In this document: one piece after another, positions 36,613 to 39,922 of the stretch
How the letters are laid out: each line of letters opens with the position of its first letter
Position numbering within the stretch: the stretch's first letter is position 1
Virus record (IMG/VR): IMGVR_UViG_3300033417_000027
Span: 1-39,922 of that record
Source of the DNA: a virus
DNA length: 39,922 nucleotides
Reading direction: 5' to 3' (one strand)
The notes under the pieces: model-generated
Databases searched by the model: none
Told to the model about the DNA's origin: nothing
Seen by the model: the letters and a program-made list of their open reading frames with translations, nothing else
Made by a program: the position numbers and the translations under genes

Positions 36613-38823
36613 CTAGCTCACGTGGACGATCTTGGTGGCCGACAGGATCTGGCACGCGAACGGCCCCTCGACGATCAGGTCGAGGAAGTCCTCCGCGGTC
36701 CAGTCGTCGTCGACCAGGGCGTCATGGATGCCGCGGGCAAACGCCGGCGCGGTGTCGAAGTCCTCGCCGCCGCCGAACAGCTCGAGCCGCTCCATGGCGT
36801 CGTAGTCGTCGCGGTCGCCGACCAGCACCGACCCGGGCGTGCCGTAGAGGCGGATTTTGATCCCCTTGACGGTGCGCTCCTGGCCGTCGGTCGGCCCGTC
36901 CTTCAGTTCGGCCGCGGTCGGCAGGAACCGGATGTGGCTGGTGTAAGGCAGGCCGACGGTGACCGCCGACGCCGCCGCCGGCAGGGTGACCGCGCCGCCG
37001 GCGACGACGAGCCCGGCGACGTGGCTGCCGTCGGCGACCGCGTCGACGGTGGCGCCTTCCAGGTGGTCGAAGCCGGTCAGCACCGTCGCCGGCGCGCCCG
37101 AATAGGTGAGCTGGCTGTCGAGATGGACCAGGTCGGCGGGATCGGTGTGGATCGCCCGGTCGAAGCCGCGGCGGATGCGCTCGACCAGGCGGACGGCGCC
37201 GCGGCTGACGATCAGGTAGAGGTCGTCGAACTTGCCGTCCGGCGCCGGGATGGCGGCGACGTCGTCGACCAGAGCCTGCCCCGGACCTGATCCGGGGTCC
37301 AGATGCCGGTGCCAGCCCAGCACCTCGTGCTCGCGAAAGAACGTGAAGCCGCGCAAGGCTCCGGTTTCCGTCACGCACCACATGATCCGGCGCGGGCTGC
37401 GCTGCCAGGCCATGCGCGAAATCCCGGGCGCGGTGATGTGCTCGGCCGCGGCGGTGAGGTCGTTCGACACGAAATCGTCGATCTGGAAATCGTAGGTCCA
37501 CTCCATCAGCCGGCGGGTGTCGGCGGCGACGTAGAGGGTGGCGGCGTTGACGCGCACCGGCTCGATGAAGGCGGCCCCCTCCGAGGATGACGGCAGGAAG
37601 CGGATGTTGTCGGGCGTGATCGCCTCGGCGAGGTTGCCGCCGGAGCGGCCGTAGAACTCCTCGCCCGTGGTGCCGATCGCCAGCATTTTGCCCGACGCGA
37701 TCCATTGCGGCGTGTTCACCCGCTGGGTCTCGCCGCCGGCCAGCCGCCAGACCATGGCGAGGTCGGCGTCGGTGCCGGCGAGATGGTTCTCGTAGTCGCC
37801 GCTGACCGACAGGTAGAGGGTGACGAAGTCGGCCCGGGTCGGGCCCAGCACCATGCGCTGCTCGTGGAACTTGACCAGGCTGGGATAGCCGCGCAAGGCG
37901 CTGAACGCGCCCTCGGCCCACTTGTAAGTGCCCGCGCTCACCACGTCGTCGGGCAGGGTCTCGATCACCTCGGCGGTGGCGGTGGCCCCGCCGGCGGCGA
38001 CCGCGGTGATCTTCACGATGCCGTAGCCGGAATGGACATAGGCCCAGGTGACGTAGGTGGCGCCCGAGCCCTCCGAGCCTTCGGCGTGGTTGGGCGCGTT
38101 GGGGCCCGAGTTGGCGGCGTTGTCGGCGGCGTAGACCTTCTCGTTGGCGCGCACCTTGTCGCCGGCGGCATAGGCGACGTTGCCGACCCACTTGTCGGGC
38201 AGGGCCTTGTCGGCCTCGTCGAGCCGCCACAGGGCGCCGACCTGGCCCGGGTCGAAGGTGAAGCCGGTGGCGGTGAGCACGATGCCCGCGCCGGTGGCGG
38301 CCGAGGCGCGGATCGCCTTGGCCTGGTCGACATTGACGTCGCGGAACGGGCCGTTCTTGAGGTCGGCCGGCGCAATCGTCCAGTCGTCGTGGTCGTGGCG
38401 CTCGAGCTTCTGCAAGGCGACGTCGGGATGGGCGATGAAGATGACGTTGGCCGAGGATGCCCAGCGCAGTTCGGCGAGCTGGTCGGCCGTCCACGGCAGC
38501 GCGACCTCGTAGACCGCCGGGCCGGCACCGGCCAGCACCAGGGCGCCGTCGCGCCAGAACCGGCATTTGCCGTGGCCGATCTCGATCACGTAGCTGTCGG
38601 CGCGGCTGAACTGGAACGGCAGGAACACCGACGCCGCATAGGCTTGCCCGCAGAATTCGGTCGGCGGCCGCCGCGTCAGGCCGCCCTGGGGCAGCACGAT
38701 CCAGTCGGCGCAGACGCTCAATCCGGTGACGTAGCGCTGGAAGTCGGGCCGGCCCTCGAGCAGGGGCGAGATCTCGCCGCTGGCGAACGAGGCCTGGGTC
38801 TTGCGGAGTTCCGGCGCCGGCAT
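36613..38823 (-). CDS. Tail tubular protein B-like (nozzle), 736 aa
   Basis: Located directly after the tubular-A-like gene. The N-terminus FASGEISPLLEGRPDFQRY...LPQGGLTRRP is a pattern I recall from podophage tail proteins. Confidence 0.6.
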   Translation of the reverse strand: MPAPELRKTQASFASGEISPLLEGRPDFQRYVTGLSVCADWIVLPQGGLTRRPPTEFCGQAYAASVFLPFQFSRADSYVIEIGHGKCRFWRDGALVLAGAGPAVYEVALPWTADQLAELRWASSANVIFIAHPDVALQKLERHDHDDWTIAPADLKNGPFRDVNVDQAKAIRASAATGAGIVLTATGFTFDPGQVGALWRLDEADKALPDKWVGNVAYAAGDKVRANEKVYAADNAANSGPNAPNHAEGSEGSGATYVTWAYVHSGYGIVKITAVAAGGATATAEVIETLPDDVVSAGTYKWAEGAFSALRGYPSLVKFHEQRMVLGPTRADFVTLYLSVSGDYENHLAGTDADLAMVWRLAGGETQRVNTPQWIASGKMLAIGTTGEEFYGRSGGNLAEAITPDNIRFLPSSSEGAAFIEPVRVNAATLYVAADTRRLMEWTYDFQIDDFVSNDLTAAAEHITAPGISRMAWQRSPRRIMWCVTETGALRGFTFFREHEVLGWHRHLDPGSGPGQALVDDVAAIPAPDGKFDDLYLIVSRGAVRLVERIRRGFDRAIHTDPADLVHLDSQLTYSGAPATVLTGFDHLEGATVDAVADGSHVAGLVVAGGAVTLPAAASAVTVGLPYTSHIRFLPTAAELKDGPTDGQERTVKGIKIRLYGTPGSVLVGDRDDYDAMERLELFGGGEDFDTAPAFARGIHDALVDDDWTAEDFLDLIVEGPFACQILSATKIVHVS

Positions 38824-39411
38824 CTAGTAGCCCGCCTCGAGCCACGGCGAGAACCCGGTCTCGACCTCGAGCACCCGCTCCTGGGCATCGGCCTTCTTGG
38901 CCTGCCGGCGCAGCTCGACCAGATCCTCGCGGATATCGCGCTTGATCGAGCGCTGGCGGCCGAGCCGGGGCGCGATCGCCACCGCGAGCTCGGCGACCAG
39001 CAGGCGGCGGAACAGGGCGTCGAAGCGGGCGACGTCGGTCACCCGCGCCGAATAGGCGATGGACAGCGGCGCGGCGAGGTCGGTCACCAGCATGCCGTTC
39101 GCCTCGACCTGCCAGGCGTCGTCGGGACAGCCGTCGACCTCGCGCACGCGCAGGCAGTCGCCGGGCAGTGCGAAGGCGCGGGCATAGCCGTAGACCGGCG
39201 CCGTGCCGGCCGCGGCCAGCGACACGCGGGCCTTGTTGAAGTTCCAGGGATACTCGCGCTGCAAACCGTCCCTGGTCGACGGGTAATGGATGGTGCAGAC
39301 GCGCGCCGCCTTGGAGTGCGCCTGGTCGAGCGACGTGATTTCCTTCAGCTCGACGAGCCCCAGCGCCTCGTTGCAGATCCCGACTTCGGACGCTTCGGCA
39401 TAGAGCGGCAT
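38824..39411 (-). CDS. Tail tubular protein A-like (adaptor), 195 aa
   Basis: ICNEALGLVELKEITSLD...KAARVC...RDGLQREYPWNF parallels T7 gp11 VNDILASIGEPPVSTLE...ANARRIL...IQSRGWTFN. Confidence 0.75.
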   Translation of the reverse strand: MPLYAEASEVGICNEALGLVELKEITSLDQAHSKAARVCTIHYPSTRDGLQREYPWNFNKARVSLAAAGTAPVYGYARAFALPGDCLRVREVDGCPDDAWQVEANGMLVTDLAAPLSIAYSARVTDVARFDALFRRLLVAELAVAIAPRLGRQRSIKRDIREDLVELRRQAKKADAQERVLEVETGFSPWLEAGY

Positions 39412-39436
39412 CGGCCTCGCCTTCTTTCACCCGTCA

Positions 39437-39611
39437 TCCCCGCGAAGGCGGGGACCTCGATCCGCACACTCGGACCAGACGGAAACCCCGGCGCCGCTCC
39501 ACTTGTGCGGCAAGATGGCGACCCCTTCGGGTCGGCGCGGCGCCGGGGCCGTTCCGGCCGAAGCCGGATCTTCGTTCGCCCGAGGGCCTGCCCCCGGGCT
39601 TGACCCGGGGG
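39437..39611. repeat. Intergenic REP-like composite (three structured elements)
   Basis: Elements are tccccgc-gaag-gcgggga (39437-54), a 12-bp long-range stem ccccggcgccgc/gcggcgccgggg (39486-39548) with inner gaccc-cttc-gggtc, and cccccggg-cttga-cccggggg (39591-39611). Confidence 0.8.
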
Positions 39612-39922
39612 TCAGTCGACGACGTAGTCGATCTCGAAGCTGATCGTCTTGTTGCCGGCATGGGTCGAGGCAATGACGCAGGTGGCGACCAGCTCGAGGG
39701 TGCCGCCCGGGTTGGCGGCGAGCCCGAGCAGCTGCCACAGCTCCTTGCCCATGTCGGCCGGCGCCACGTCGGCGAGCAGCGCCGTCATGCCGGCCGCCGC
39801 CAGGTTGACCGCGTCGGCGAGATCGTTGCCGTTCTCGGTGCCGCCGACATTCCAGTCGGTCGCCGTGGTGAAGTCCTCGTGATGGATGGTCGACGACGTC
39901 TTGAGCACCGCGTTGGCCGGGA
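39612..39922 (-). CDS. C-terminal part of the junction-spanning 157-aa protein (same gene as 1..290)
   Basis: Stop at 39612-14. The frame is continuous into the duplicated 127 bp. The ORF-track start MLKTSS is an internal GTG codon. Confidence 0.7.
   Translation of the reverse strand, partial: PANAVLKTSSTIHHEDFTTATDWNVGGTENGNDLADAVNLAAAGMTALLADVAPADMGKELWQLLGLAANPGGTLELVATCVIASTHAGNKTISFEIDYVVD
39796..39922. repeat. Terminal overlap: identical to 1-127
   Basis: See the first feature. Confidence 0.95.

Overview
The window is one complete, circularly closed, very GC-rich temperate phage genome. Bases 1-127 are identical to 39796-39922, giving a unit length of 39795 bp, and one ORF reads across the junction.

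About two thirds is a single leftward (minus-strand) transcription unit. Reading 15786 down to 1, wrapping to 39795 and continuing down to 23339, it contains:
- a Cro-like HTH and early regulators (a receiver-less OmpR-type winged helix and an RHH/HTH protein)
- a replication module: Toprim primase, MazG-like NTP-PPase, SF3-type P-loop helicase
- an octamer-iteron field
- terS, a 350-bp structured gap, then terL
- T7 gp8-type portal, scaffold, major capsid and a junction-spanning capsid-adjacent protein
- tail tubular A/B-like proteins, three internal/ejection proteins (one of 1342 aa) and a tail fibre
- a lysis cassette: holin-like protein, amidase endolysin, overlapped i-/o-spanins
- a four-gene terminal module ending in a 63-bp tandem-repeat protein

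The rightward (plus-strand) block, 15938-23106, holds:
- a CI-like XRE repressor
- an operon of small proteins with an AlpA-like HTH
- an orphan 623-aa ParB-like protein, followed by six translationally coupled small membrane, secreted or Cys-rich ORFs
- a tyrosine integrase
- an attP containing the 3' part of a tRNA(Lys-like) gene

I recognised no phage RNA polymerase, DNA polymerase, reverse transcriptase, CRISPR array or complete tRNA gene.

Structure not explained by the genes includes:
- a P4-style iteron origin candidate
- a family of host-REP-like GC hairpins placed right after stop codons and sometimes read through in frame
- a perfect 42-bp palindrome burying the tail-fibre SD and start codon
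- three 15-bp operators in the cI/cro gap
- a 48-aa signal-peptide Cys/His peptide gene inside the switch region
- an AGTCTACC motif shared by the attP arms and the terS-terL gap

All functional calls rest on motif and synteny recognition by eye. No database search was possible.
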